Shown here: piece after piece, positions 36,895 through 49,132 of the stretch
Position numbering within the stretch: the first letter of the stretch is position 1
Layout: each line of letters begins with the position of its first letter
From: Macrostomum lignano
Taxonomy: Eukaryota
Assembly (NCBI GenBank): GCA_002269645.1
Contig: NIVC01001597.1
Coordinates: 1 to 64,000, forward strand
Length of the DNA stretch: 64,000 nt
Reading direction: 5' to 3'
Position numbers and translations under genes: made by a program
Notes under the pieces: model-generated
Seen by the model: only the letters and a program-made list of their open reading frames with translations
Database searches by the model: none
Told to the model about the DNA's origin: nothing

Positions 36895-39800
36895 CTATTT
36901 GGGATAGCCAAGCTGGTGCTGATGAGGAAACATGAACTGCGAGCCTGTAGGAGGTGGCGGTGGCCTCTGGTGAGCCGCTGTGAGAGAGCGTTGAAGCTCA
37001 GCTAAAGCCTGCTGATGCTGTTGCTGCTGCTGGTGCTGATGCTGGGCGTACATGAACTGTTGCTGATGCTGGTGGCCGGGGATGAAGCTGGCGCCGCTGG
37101 TTGACGGAAACAGACCGGCCGCGGCGGCGGCCGCCAGCACAGCCGGCGACACGGCGGAAGGTGGCGGCGGCGGGCGAGGTGGGTGCGGCGGCGGCTGCTG
37201 CTGAGGTGTACCGAGTCGTTGACGCTTAGTTGCCGAAGCTGATCGACTACTTGGATGCTGCTGATGATGATTGGGGAAGCTGGACGAATTTGCTGAGCAG
37301 CTGGAGGCTGGTGAGTACAGGCCCGATGCCGGCTGCAGCGGCGGCGGCGGCGGCATTGACATGGCCGCAGCAGCCAGCGGATGAGGCGGCCAAACAGGCA
37401 GAGCAGCCGCTGAAGCCAAGGAATTCGTGGAATTCGTAGCCGAAGCTGACGACAGAGGCGGTGCCGGCAGGCCCCAGGAGACGAATGGATTTCTGCCAGC
37501 TGCTTGAGCAGCGGCTAACTGTTGCTGCTGTTGCTGCTGCTGCTGTTGACGCTGATGCAGAGCAGAAGAAGCCGCTGCAAGTTGAGCATCGGCAGAGAAG
37601 ACAGACAGATGAGGCATTACTACCGAATCTACACGATTGCTGGCACTATTGTTGCTGCTAGCTGACTGCCTGCGGTGTTGCTGCTGCTGCTTCTGGTTCT
37701 GCTTTCGCTGTGTTGGCGGCTGCTGCTGCAGCGGAGGCGGCGGCTGCTGTTGCTGTGGCCTCTGCTTCCAGTTCTTAATGAAATGCGCAATACGAACGTG
37801 CAAAGCGTTCCAACGACCGCGCTGGGGCGGCTGCTGTTGCTTGGGATGCTGCTGCTTAGACAGAGGCGGAGGCGGCGCCGAATCGCCTCCGGCGGGCAGC
37901 CGACGCATGGACGATACGACGGCAGGGTGCATCAGCGAAGATGACGACGGCGGCGGCATCGGCGGAGGTTGCTGTAGCAGCATCGCCGCCTGCGGCTGAG
38001 GAGGAGCTGAAGGAAATGCATAGGCGGTAGCAGCGGACATCGGTCTGGACGGCGGCTGTTTCGGCTTTAAAAACGACGCAATGAACGGATTGCTGTCGGG
38101 ATCGCTGAACATTCTGTCCCGATTTGCTGGTGTAGCTGACGAAAGCGGCGGCAGAATCGGCGGCAACTGAGGCCTGGAGGATGAGGCGGCTGAATTAGAT
38201 AAAATCCTTTGAGAAGCTGACGGCTGCTGATGAGGATGAGGAGGCTGCGGATGATGAGGCGGAGGCTGATGAGGTAAAGACGGCGGCTGCAGGTGCGAGT
38301 TCTGTGCCATGCCATTAGCAACGCCAGCTGACAGAAGCGGAGGTGGCGGCATAAATAGCGGGGGCGGCGGGGGCGGCTGCTGCGGCTGCCTGCGCTCCGT
38401 GGGACTGAAGCCGGGACTCAGCAACCGATGCTGATGCTGACTGGCTGATCCAGTCACAGCAGCAGCAGCAGTAGCAACAGAATCTGCTTCAGCAATGCCA
38501 ACGGACACTCTTAGCGGACCGTGCGGCGAAATCTGCGGCGGCGGCAACTGCGGCTGACAGGCAGCGGTGGCCGCCTGGTGCATCAGCTGCAGGTGGGTCT
38601 TGGGCTTGTAGGCTGACTTGTTAGGCGACACAGGCAGACCCTGCTGCTGCTGCAGGGCTGGCGCTGGCAGACTGGGAGACTGGCCGCCAGGTGCCGAGGT
38701 GACAGGCGAGTCGCCAGGAGCTGCAGTCCCCGCCGGTGGCTCCTCAACAGCTCGCACCGTGTCACCGCTGGCGTTGGCTACGGAGCTGCGAGACGCGGGC
38801 TCGCCGTTGGCACCGACGCTGTCGTCATTGTTGTTGGTTGATGCAGCGGCCGTTGCTGCTTCTGCCGATGTTCCAGCGGAATTTGCGGACCGTTTCCTTG
38901 ACAACCCGGACTGGCTCTGCTGCTGTTTGCGTTTCTTCTGCTTTTGCTCAAACTCACTCTCGGTGTCGGCTGCTGCTGCTGCTGCTGTTGCTGCAGCTTC
39001 TTTTCGTTTGGCCTCCTCCTCGTAGGCCTGTGAGTAATTGGGGCGGGGGGGCAACGTTGCGCAAGTGCTTGGTATTTAATAGGCTTAGCAATTTGTTGCC
39101 TTAACAGGTAGGACTGGCTTTTAGGTAGTATGGCAGAATTTCGTTAAGCTTGGGATTTTATAGGCGAAAACTTGATTAACCCTTGAATTCTATAAGCGCA
39201 AACTTCATTAAGCTTAGAATTCTATAAGCGCAAACTTCATTAAGCTTAGAATTCTATAAGCGCAAACTTCATTAAGCTTAGAATTCTATAAGCGCAAACT
39301 TCATTAAGCTTAGAATTCTATAAGCGCAAACTTCATTAAGCTTAGAATTCTATAAGCGCAAACTTCATTAAGCTTAGAATTCTATAAGCGCAAACTTCAT
39401 TAAGCTTAGAATTCTATAAGCGCAAACTTCATTAAGCTTAGAATTCTATAAGCAAAAACTTCATCATTAAGCTTAAAAATCTTTAAGCGCAAACTTTATT
39501 AAGCTCGTAAAACATTAATAAGCTTAATTTTTTTAAGTTTAATCTTTATTAAGCTCGAGAATTTGTAAGCTAAAACTTTAGTCATCTTACAAGCTAATTT
39601 CATAAATAGAAGCCTGATAAACAGTTTTTTAGGTGAATAGTTTGTTTACACGGTTGGACTCGGGTAATTTATATGAAATGGAAAATAGATCCTGTCGCGA
39701 GTAAATCTGTAACCAACCGCCTCACTGCAGCAAAATATAGAACATCTATAGATGGTCGAGAAAAAGTCTAGTTTATAGAATTCTAGGGATAATCGGTGAC

Positions 39801-42800
39801 GAAAAATGTGCGTGAGACTCTCCTGACGGTTATTTTGCCATGGGAACAGGTGGGCAGAAATTATTAAGCCTCTGTTTTGAAAAAAGAAAATAACTCGAAA
39901 CGCTTTAAGATCACCTGGGACAGTCTTTCCTTTTTTCTGCTTCTTTTTCCAAAGAAAGCAGTCCAATTTCCGTGCCGAAAATGCACCTGAGATGCGCTTA
40001 CTAACACATAATAGCGGCTGCGCATGACAGCAGAGGTTTAAAACGAGGTTTTACCGCCTTGCGAAAACAAATATTATTAGGCCTTATTCTGTTATCTTCA
40101 TATCCTATGTACATGTCTAGGGGGGGGGGTTGCTGAGATGTCAATCAAGTCTTGGGGAATTGCTGAGATGGCAAGGCTTGGGGGAATTGCTGAGATGGCA
40201 AGACTTGGGGGGAATTGCTGAGATGACAAGGCTTGGGGAATTGCTGAGATGACAAGGCTTGGGGGAATTGCTGAGATGACAAGTCTTGGGGGAATTGCTG
40301 AGATGACAAGGCTTGGGGGAATTGCTGAGATGACAAGGCTTGGGGAATTGCTGAGATTGCAAGGCTACAAATGCTTTTGTGTTTGCCATAGAGAATTGCA
40401 GATTTTGTTAGGACAATTATTTTCCACTATGCTAGCAAATTTAGAAGTTGGCCCATGGACATTCTTTAGCTAAACTAACTTCTAGAATAGACTAGAAATA
40501 TTAGCAATAGATCTCAAGAATTAAAAGTTTTTTAAAGGAAATGCTATATGCAACCTGGTATACTTTAAGTGACATTGTCATACATCTAACAAGAGGCAAG
40601 ATTCTATAACTTAGGAGGTACTCTACCAACTTTCCTAAACAGGCACATAAGCATACAGATAGCAATGTAGTCATATATATAGGCACACACTTATATATGA
40701 TTATACAATAGCCCTACTTAAATTGTTAGGCATGTTATGTACACTTGGCATACAGCTATAGCTTTGCATATAGAGAACACCAAGATAGCAGGTAGAACCA
40801 AAGTTCCAAGTCCCAATCAATGTATATAGATATAGCATACAAAAATGATTAAGTTTAATTTTGGTAGTGTTCTGCCATAAGGAGGGTCCATGTACCGTAG
40901 CCATTGCCATAAGCAAAACTACGGCTTATTCCAATTCTCCATATTCCGTAGCCATAGGGACCCCTGAAATTACCATATTCCTGTAGTTCCCATAGCCGTA
41001 GCAATAGTTTTAACAAAAAGTCAAAAAAAATATTTTGAATCAAGATAATAACCTAGTGCTTAAACAACTGCAAATTAAATTAGAAAATAAAAGAAACACT
41101 CGATTGCCCTTGTAAGATTATATTTCATCTTTTTTCAGAGCAACAATACTTAATATTACTGAAAGTACTAACGCTAAACGTTTTTATATTAATAAAAATT
41201 AGAGTTTGCTAGTGTTTTATTGTACTTTTTTAGGTATATTTTATAAGTTTCTAGGTTGATAATATAGTTTACTAAAAGTATTTTTGTTCTACTCTACTTT
41301 TTTCTAATATTTTTTTCCAATTCTTAACATTAATAACTATGGCTATGGGAATCTACGGAATATGACAGCAACTACAATATTTCCATAGTTGTAGCCATAA
41401 GAGCAGCTAGCCCATAGTCCGGATCATGGCCTGTACGCCAAATTAATTTGGTATACAGTCACCCCTTGCTAACCCTATTGGCATACATTGGCGTACAACC
41501 AAAAAATTGGGCCCTACCTATTGGCATGAGTGGCGTACACACTGTTGCTATTGCAACTTGCAATGTAATGTACATAAACATAGGTATTTTTTAGGAATTT
41601 GCACAATAATTTAAAAAAATGGAATTTATGTTAGAAATACATTCACTTTAACAAATATATTCCCATCTATTGTTCTATTGAATAATTTTAATATTCTAAT
41701 AATTGAATCATCAAATAGTTTTGAAGTAGGAAATTTGTACTTATAAAAGTGGCATACAGTTAGGGAAGGCAAAAAAATTTTGCGTACATTGGTATACAAA
41801 CTGTGGATCCATCAAGTTTTTGTTTGGCATACACCCTACCATGATCCAGACTATGGCAGCTAGCTACTGTAAGTGTATCGTAGCTGCCATAGGCACCTAT
41901 TTTATTGTATTTGCCATAGGATCCCATAGCCATAGCTACAGCTATAGCGGAACACTAAATTTTGGCATAGTCTTCATATACATAGCTAAAATAGCTAAAT
42001 TAAAATTTTGACTGAAAAGAATTAACTTCATCTTGGCCTTTCCAAAAAAATTTAAAACTAAATTTAAAAAATTGTGTCTAACATTTCAAAGAAGTTGAAA
42101 GTAAAATGAAATTAATAATAGTTGCAATAAACAATTTTTTTATGGTTTAAAAAAATTATAAGTTTGTACTAATAATGTTTTGACATCAAATTTTACAAGA
42201 ATCTAATATCAGTTGTAATTTATTATTTTTGTTTCAATGTATTTTTGTTCTTAAAAAGCAAAGACCCTAGGATATACCATGCTCGCCAATTTTAGCATCA
42301 ATTTTACGCATCTATTGGCTACTATTATGGGGGTTGGTTTTCGATGCTCTGTATTGGCCGATGACAAGGTCAGTTGTATACTGTCTAGGGTCATCCCCCG
42401 TTTATATTTAGCTCGTTTAGTATCGAAATAGAAAGCGTGGGGGTAGCCCGCTAACTGATAAAAACGCGCGCGCGCAAGCATCAATCGAAGGCAGAATGCA
42501 AGTCAGTCAGCCAGCCAGCCAATTCTTCAATCTATGGTTAGTTAAGTTAGCTATTCTCTTGCTTGCGAGTTTTGATCATTTCACGCATTTCACCCAGTCT
42601 CTGCTTCGTTTGATTGTTTCTACGTTTAATTGGATTGGATGGTCACATCACCTTAGTGACTGGTGATGTGACCAACTGACTGTGATGTGACCTTGGTGAC
42701 TGTGATGTGACCCGACTGACTAGTGATGTGACCCGACTGACTGGTGATGTGACCTGACTGACTGGTGTTGTGACCACGTTGACTTGTGATGTGACCCAGT

Positions 42801-44385
42801 TGAATGGTGATGTGACCCAGTTGACTGGTGATGTGACCCGACTGACTGGTGATGTGACCCAATTGACTGGTGATGTGACCCCACTGACTGGTGATGTGAC
42901 CCGACTGACTGGTGATGTGACCCGACTGACTGGTGATGTGACCCAACTGACTGGTGATGTGAAGTTGACTGGTGATGTGACCCGACTGACTGGTGATGTG
43001 ACCCAGATGACTGGTGATGTGACATTGTTGACTGGTGAATTGACCCAGTGGCTGGTGATGTGACCCTGTTGACTGGTGATGTGACTTTAGTGACTGGTGA
43101 TGTGACCCAATTGACTGGTGATGTGACCCAACTGACTGGTGATGTGACCCAATTGACTGGTGATGTGACCCGACTGACTGGTGATGTGACCCAATTGACT
43201 GGTGATGTGACCCGACTGACTGGTGATGTGACCCGACTGACTAGTGATGTGACCCGACTGACTGGTGATGTGACCTGACTGACTGGTGTTGTGACCACGT
43301 TGACTTGTGATGTGACCCAGTTGAATGGTGATGTGACCCAGTTGACTGGTGATGTGACCACATTGACTGGTGATGTGACCCAGTTGACTGGTGATGTGAC
43401 CCAGTTGACTGGTGATGTGACCCGACTGACTGGTGATGTGACCCAGATGACTGGTGATGTGACCTTGGTGACTGGTGATGTGACCTTGGTGACTGGTGAT
43501 GTGACCTTGGTGACTGGTGATGTGACCACGTTGACTGGTGATGTGACCACGTTGACTGGTGATGTGACCTTGGTGACTGGTGATGTGACCACGTTGACTG
43601 GTGATGTGAGCTTGGTGACTGGTGATGTGACCTTAATGACTGGTGATGTGACCTTGGTGACTGGTGATGTGACCTTAATGACTGGTGATGTGACCTTGGT
43701 GACTGGTGATGTGACCTTGGTGACTGGTGATGTGACCAGACTGACTGGTGATGTGACCATGTTGACTGGTGATGTGACCTCTACTGGTGTTTTGACCCCT
43801 AAGACTGGTGATTTGACCTCGATTACCGATCAAAAGCAGTTGCGCTAAACGAATCCAGCTGTTTTTCTTTCATTGGATATCAAAAGTTCAAACGGTCACC
43901 CTGGATGACAATAATGAAACACGAAAGTCTATCAATTAACCAATCCATTCAATTGGGTTTGCAAATGTCAGAAATGCAGCGTCAGTATATTTATTAAAAC
44001 TTGCAAAGCTACTGAAAGAAAGTCTATGTGAATTGGCGATATGAAGATTCAAACGCTTGAAGTTATTAGCTAGCAGTGCGTTGTAGTAGATTCCCAATTT
44101 ATCCAGAATAGTAGCGCATACAGTTTCCATGCCTTTCCACACATAAGAAAACATGACTTGTTTTAAGACGCTAGCTATAATAAAAAGGGCTTATAATAGA
44201 GAGGCTGCTTCAACTGAACTCGCATCATGTAATAGACCTGTTGTATAGCGAAACTGTGATCATTAGATAATTGTAGTTAAAGTGCTATAGCATATTGCTC
44301 CACCTAGACATGCAGCATGTAAGGGACCTGTTACATATAGTGAAAGTGCAATTGTGAAACAATAGTAGTTAAGGGCTATAGCATA

Positions 44386-44464
<79 letters not shown>

Positions 44465-44555
44465 CTGCTCCACCTAAACATGCAGCATGTAAGGGACCTG
44501 TTACATATATTGAAAGTGCAATTGTGAAAAAATAGTAGTTAAGGGCTATAGCATA

Positions 44556-44602
<47 letters not shown>

Positions 44603-46423
44603 CTGCTCCACCTAAACATGCAGCATGTAAGGGACCTGTTACATATAGTGAAAGTGCAAGTTTGACATGATTATAAAAGTGAATGGGATTTCTTCCGCTT
44701 CAGAATTTCCAGGATGAGAGTTTGTACTATTTCACCTTCAAAGGCGTAGCTACACTCGTGATATAATAAAACAAATTGAAAAAGCACAGTTGCAACTTAC
44801 TTGATAGAAACGCGAAAGGTGAACGTAGTAGCTATGCTTATCTATACTAGATAGAGCAAGCGAGAGAGCCGGGCGCAAGACGCCGCTCTACTTACAACTG
44901 AGCAAGAGCAAAATAGTCAGGGTTTAAAACATCGAGATGGACAGGTCGGCCTCAATCTATGTCTATGGCTGCAACAACGTATCGAGAGTGATAAATCGAT
45001 AGGGAGACTTCAAATTTTTATTCTATGGCAAAAAGGAGGCAGTAGAATGAGTATTCAGCCAGAAGGGAGTTTAGAGTGTGTACAAACAGCATGCTATATT
45101 ATAACCCAGACAGTTTAACTTGTACTTTCTTAATCGCAGTCACAAACGAATAGAAGAAACAAATAGGCGGGTGTGATTTTGAATTGCAGCGGCCCATGGC
45201 ATGGAGAGGAGAGGAAAGCATCGGGAGAGTGGCTTCCCCCAAGATAAGTTACCCTCAGACAGCAACAGGTGGCTTCCCCAGGATAAAAGTATTCACATAC
45301 AGCGTTTCCCAGAAAAAATTTCTCTAGAGCGTCCCCAAGAATTAAACTAGGGTTAGGGTTAGGGTTTGGGTATTGTTACTATAAATAGCGTTTATGTTAC
45401 TATAAATAGACAGTACAAACGGTCATCATCAGCATGTCATCATCATATTTATAGATGGTTATTACTATATATAGCCGACTAATATATATTTATAGATGGT
45501 TGTTACTATATATAGCCGACTAATATATATTTATAGATGGTTTTTACTATATATAGCCGCGGTTAGTCTATTTATATCGATTTATTACTATAATTAGTAG
45601 TCTATGTTACTAATTATGGATGTTGTTACTAAAAATATAATTGCATACTCGTCCCTAAGAGATATAGACCGCTGACTATAGCTACACTCGCTAATATCTA
45701 CTAGTTGTCTATGTGTCTAACCTATCGTATATATCATCAACTCGTCTCTATATCTCTTAGGGACGAGTATGCAATTATATTTTTAGTAACAACATCCATA
45801 ATTAGTAACATAAACGCTATTTATAGTAATAAATCGAAATAAATAGACTAACCGCGGCTATATATAGTAAAAACCATCTATAAATATATATTAGTCGGCT
45901 ATATATAGTAACAACCATCTATAAATATATATTAGTCGGCTACATATAGTAACAACCATCTATAAATAGATAGACACATAATAACGAATGGAGAGCTAAA
46001 ATCTTGTTCGATGGCTGACTGGCTGACTAAACCAATTATAGTAACAGTTACTAATAATAGAATCTGTTAACTAATAACTAATAATAATAATAGTTTTTAG
46101 CGCATTATATTATATAGATATTAATAGAGACGCAGAGGGGAGGGAGGGAGATTAGAGCAGTGCGCGATCAATGTTAAAAAAGAGAATTAATTGTCTATGG
46201 TTGTTGGTTATGTGCAACTGAATGATACCATGCACTCACTATGTCGATATCTCTTACCCCTACATCACTTTGTTTGGATGGAGGGATGGATGGATGAATG
46301 GATGCTAACCGACACTAGTTAGTACTTTAGTCTATGGTAATCTATCTATGTTAGATAGTTTATGTTTGTCTCTTCTGTTTCTAATACTTCTGTTAATCAA
46401 ACCAACCGGCTGGCTGGCTGGCC

Positions 46424-46454
<31 letters not shown>

Positions 46455-49132
46455 TGACTGACTAAACAATAAACACTAGTAGTACTCCCTCATATAGCAT
46501 ACTGATTGACTAACTAATAAACTAACTAACCTACCCAATCTACCTACCTATCACTATCATTATTCACAACCCCAACCCAACCACTTACCTGTCACAGCCT
46601 AGTTTTTTTCTGGGGGACCGCTGCGCTCGCTCGAGAAATGTGAAATTTCTCTAAGTGTCAAAATTATTTTGACTTAAAAAATTTTTCGCATAAATTTTTT
46701 TTTACTTTCATTTCAACTAATGAAACGTATGCTGCTGTTTTGAAAAACTTATCTGGGGAAACGCCTGTTGCTGTCTGAGTGTAGCTTATCTGAGAGTAGC
46801 CAGCCCTAACCCTAACCATAACCCTAACCCTAACCCTAACCCTAACCCTAATTGACGCTAGCCCTAACCCTAACGTAACCCTAACCCTAATTGACGCCAG
46901 ACCTAACCCTAACGTAACCCTAACCCTAATTGACGCCAGCCCTAACCCTAACATAACCCTAGCCCTAATTGACGCCAGACCTAACCCTAACGTAACCCTA
47001 ACCCTAATTGACACCAGACCTAACCCTAACGTAACCCTAACCCTAATTGACGCTAGCCCTAACCCTAACTTAACCCTAACCCTAATTGACGCCAGCCCTA
47101 ACCCTAACGTAACCCTAACCCTAATTGACGCCAGCCCTAACCCTAACGTAACCCTAACCCTAATTGACGCCAGCCCTAACCCTAACTTAACCCTAACCCT
47201 AATTGACGCCATAACTAACCCTAACCCTAAAGCGCGTTAGCCAATTGCATCAGCCAAACGTGTCAGCCAAACGTGTCAGCCAAACGCGTCAACCAAACGC
47301 GTCAGCCAAACGCGTCAGCCAAGCGCGTCAACCAAGCGCGTCAACCAAGCGCGTTAGCCAAGCGCGTTAGCCAAGCGCGTCAGCCAAACGCGTCAGCCAA
47401 ACGCATCAGCCAAACGCGTCAGCCAAACGCGTCAGCCAAGCGCGTCAACCAAACGCGTCAGCCAAACGCGTCAACCAAGCGCGTCAGCCAAACGCGTCAG
47501 CCAAACGCGTCAGCCAAACGCGTCAGCCAAGTGCGTCAGCCAAACGCGTCAGCCAAGTGCGTCAACCAAACGCGTCAGCCAAATGCGTCAGCCAAACGCG
47601 TCAACCACTCTATGGCTTATATATGTGCATAGGGGAAATCTGTCACGATAGTCCTGCGTGATAGATGTTCATATATTCTATGGTCTATGCGCTAGGGAAA
47701 TCCTATTAGGCGAGGGAAATCCAAAATCTAGTCGACGCACTTGGCTGACGCGCTTGGTAACCCTTGACGCGCTTGGCAGATACAATTTTGTGTGCAAAAA
47801 GTCTATTGTTATACATTGGCATACATGAGCTAGGCCTAGGCCAGGATGGAATTCTTGCACAAAAGTTGTTACGCATTTATGCGCGCTTGTGCGCTGAAAA
47901 GAAGCCTACTTGCGTGCTCTTAAAGAAGGTGTATGCGCACTCCATTATTGTATGCACTTGCATAAGAAGCTGTTTGCTGAAGAATCACAGACAGGATTTG
48001 ACTTTTACATGCATTAAACATGGTTATGTGCCATGTGGTGTATGCGGGCTCAAGTTCTCTTACTTTTCATAGTCTGGAAGATTGTTTTTACGCCGGAAAA
48101 TTTCAAAACAAAAGTAAAACAAAGAATAATAGTTTTTAGCAAAAACAGTTTTTTTGAAGTTTAGTAAAACTTTTATAATTTTTAAGAATATTTTCTCTAA
48201 AAAATATAGTGTTCAAGCTACTTTACACTTAAGTACAACTTTTTAATTTACATTGGCATAGAATTGAAAAACTAGAAATTTCATTTTTTCGTTGCATGGG
48301 GCCATGATCTGCATTATGACTTATTTTTACAGTTGGCGTGCGCGCTTGCGCGCTGCTCCAAAAACGTGCGTGCCTGTTTTCCTACCCCCGAGCAAGAATT
48401 CTATCCTGGGGCCTAGGGAAACAAATTTTATTTGGTATATGCCAATACACAATCTTGACCCTGATTTATATTTAACTAGCTATAGTATAACATTAGACTT
48501 GTATGCTATTCATTGGTGAAAATGTACTTTATAAAAAAGGATTAAGGAGTTACATAATTAATATATAGCCTTAAACTGAATATCTTAAGTCTTATTTAAA
48601 ATTTTAATGTGACAAAAATCAAATGACAAATATTAATTCAAAAGTAAAAAAAGCTTTTAACTTAAGTTACCTTTAGGTGTTCTACAGACTTAAAGCTGAT
48701 AATTGCAAAGCCATCAATGATGTCTTCCTTGAAATCAATAAGGAAAGTTGGGAGCATTGACTTTGGAGTGGAATGATCTTTTGTATCTGTAGCTTCAGCT
48801 TCACCAACCACAGGGCTATACTTTGATGGACTTTGCTTGGTACTTGAGGTCTTTTTTGTTGTGTCAACGCCATCACCAGCTGAAGTTAGGGGCTCACAAG
48901 TTGATGGTGATTGATCTGAAGCATAGTTTATTGGATTGTTGGGAAGCTTCTGTAAATATTCAAAACATTTCTGAGAAGAATTGTATGGTGGAATTTGCTT
49001 ATTTAAAATATCTTCCGTTGACAAAGGCTTTACATCGCGTAAATCTTTATAGCATTTAGAGCTACCTGACTTGTGACTATCATCAACACCATTGCTCGTC
49101 TGACCAGAATTTAAAGCATGCTTGCTATCCAT
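36895..49132 (-). CDS. AUTS2: AUTS2/fibrosin-like/tay bridge family protein (2 coding exons modelled, ~864 aa)
   Basis: Exon 49132(ATG)-48671 ends KEDIIDGFAIISFKSVEHLK|GTAACT, matching the AUTS2 N-terminal EEDIIDGFAMTSF motif. Exon 39027-36895 (acceptor CACAG, phase 0) is P/Q/A-rich and contains GRWNALHVRIAHFIK, matching the Auts2-domain GKWCAMHVHIAWQIY motif. An acceptor at 49168 implies a further upstream exon or trans-splicing. Small intermediate exons cannot be excluded. The symbol denotes family, not proven orthology. Confidence 0.8.
39185..39480. repeat. 32-bp intronic minisatellite, ~9 copies
   Basis: Unit AAGCTTAGAATTCTATAAGCGCAAACTTCATT. Confidence 0.93.
40130..40360. repeat. 27-bp intronic minisatellite, ~8 copies
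   Basis: Unit AATTGCTGAGATGACAAGGCTTGGGGG. Confidence 0.92.
40870..41960. repeat. Degenerate repeat region with short inverted repeats (CCATAG/CTATGG, TGGCRTACA motifs); possible decayed MITE
   Basis: ~29-bp imperfect inverted repeat at ~40973-41003 versus ~41336-41366; recurrent TTGGYRTACA motifs at 41430-41830. No clear termini. Confidence 0.35.
42640..43815. repeat. 21-bp intronic minisatellite (GACTGGTGATGTGACCCGACT), ~55 copies
   Basis: Directly visible. The ORFs 42653-43848 are artefacts of the repeat. Confidence 0.95.
44197..44660. repeat. Tandem ~95-bp unit separated by (GA)n tracts of different length
   Basis: GCTCCACCTAAACATGCAGCATGTAAGGGACCTGTTACATAT... recurs at ~44297, ~44466 and ~44604, with a degenerate copy at ~44200. 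GA tracts are at 44389-44463 and 44559-44601. Confidence 0.9.
45446..45967. mobile_element. Foldback-like palindrome: ~220-bp arms with internal 41-bp tandem repeats, 78-bp spacer
   Basis: 45446-45668 is a near-perfect reverse complement of 45747-45967 (e.g. ...GCATACTCGTCCCTAAGAGATATAGA / TCTATATCTCTTAGGGACGAGTATGC...). The palindrome is certain; its identity as a TE is inferred. Confidence 0.8.
46801..47229. repeat. Interstitial telomere-like 39-bp higher-order array: (CCCTAA)2-CGTAA-(CCCTAA)2-TTGACGCCAG, ~10 copies
   Basis: Directly visible; preceded by ~8 plain CCCTAA-type hexamers. Confidence 0.93.
47245..47606. repeat. 13-bp minisatellite (CAGCCAAACGCGT), ~27 copies
   Basis: Directly visible; two or three inverted copies at ~47740-47780. 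Confidence 0.93.

Noticed and set aside
42653-43848. VTSPVTK / TGDVTRL repeat ORFs (up to 346 aa) resembling mucin or antifreeze repeats
   Set aside because: A 21-bp minisatellite open in several frames, with indels breaking the frames and no start context or splice support. It sits within the AUTS2-like intron.
46664-47632. ORFs RVRVTLGLGLASI and NASAKRVSQTRQP; possibility of a chromosome end
   Set aside because: They translate telomere-like and 13-bp arrays. The array is internal, has a fixed spacer and has unique sequence on both sides.
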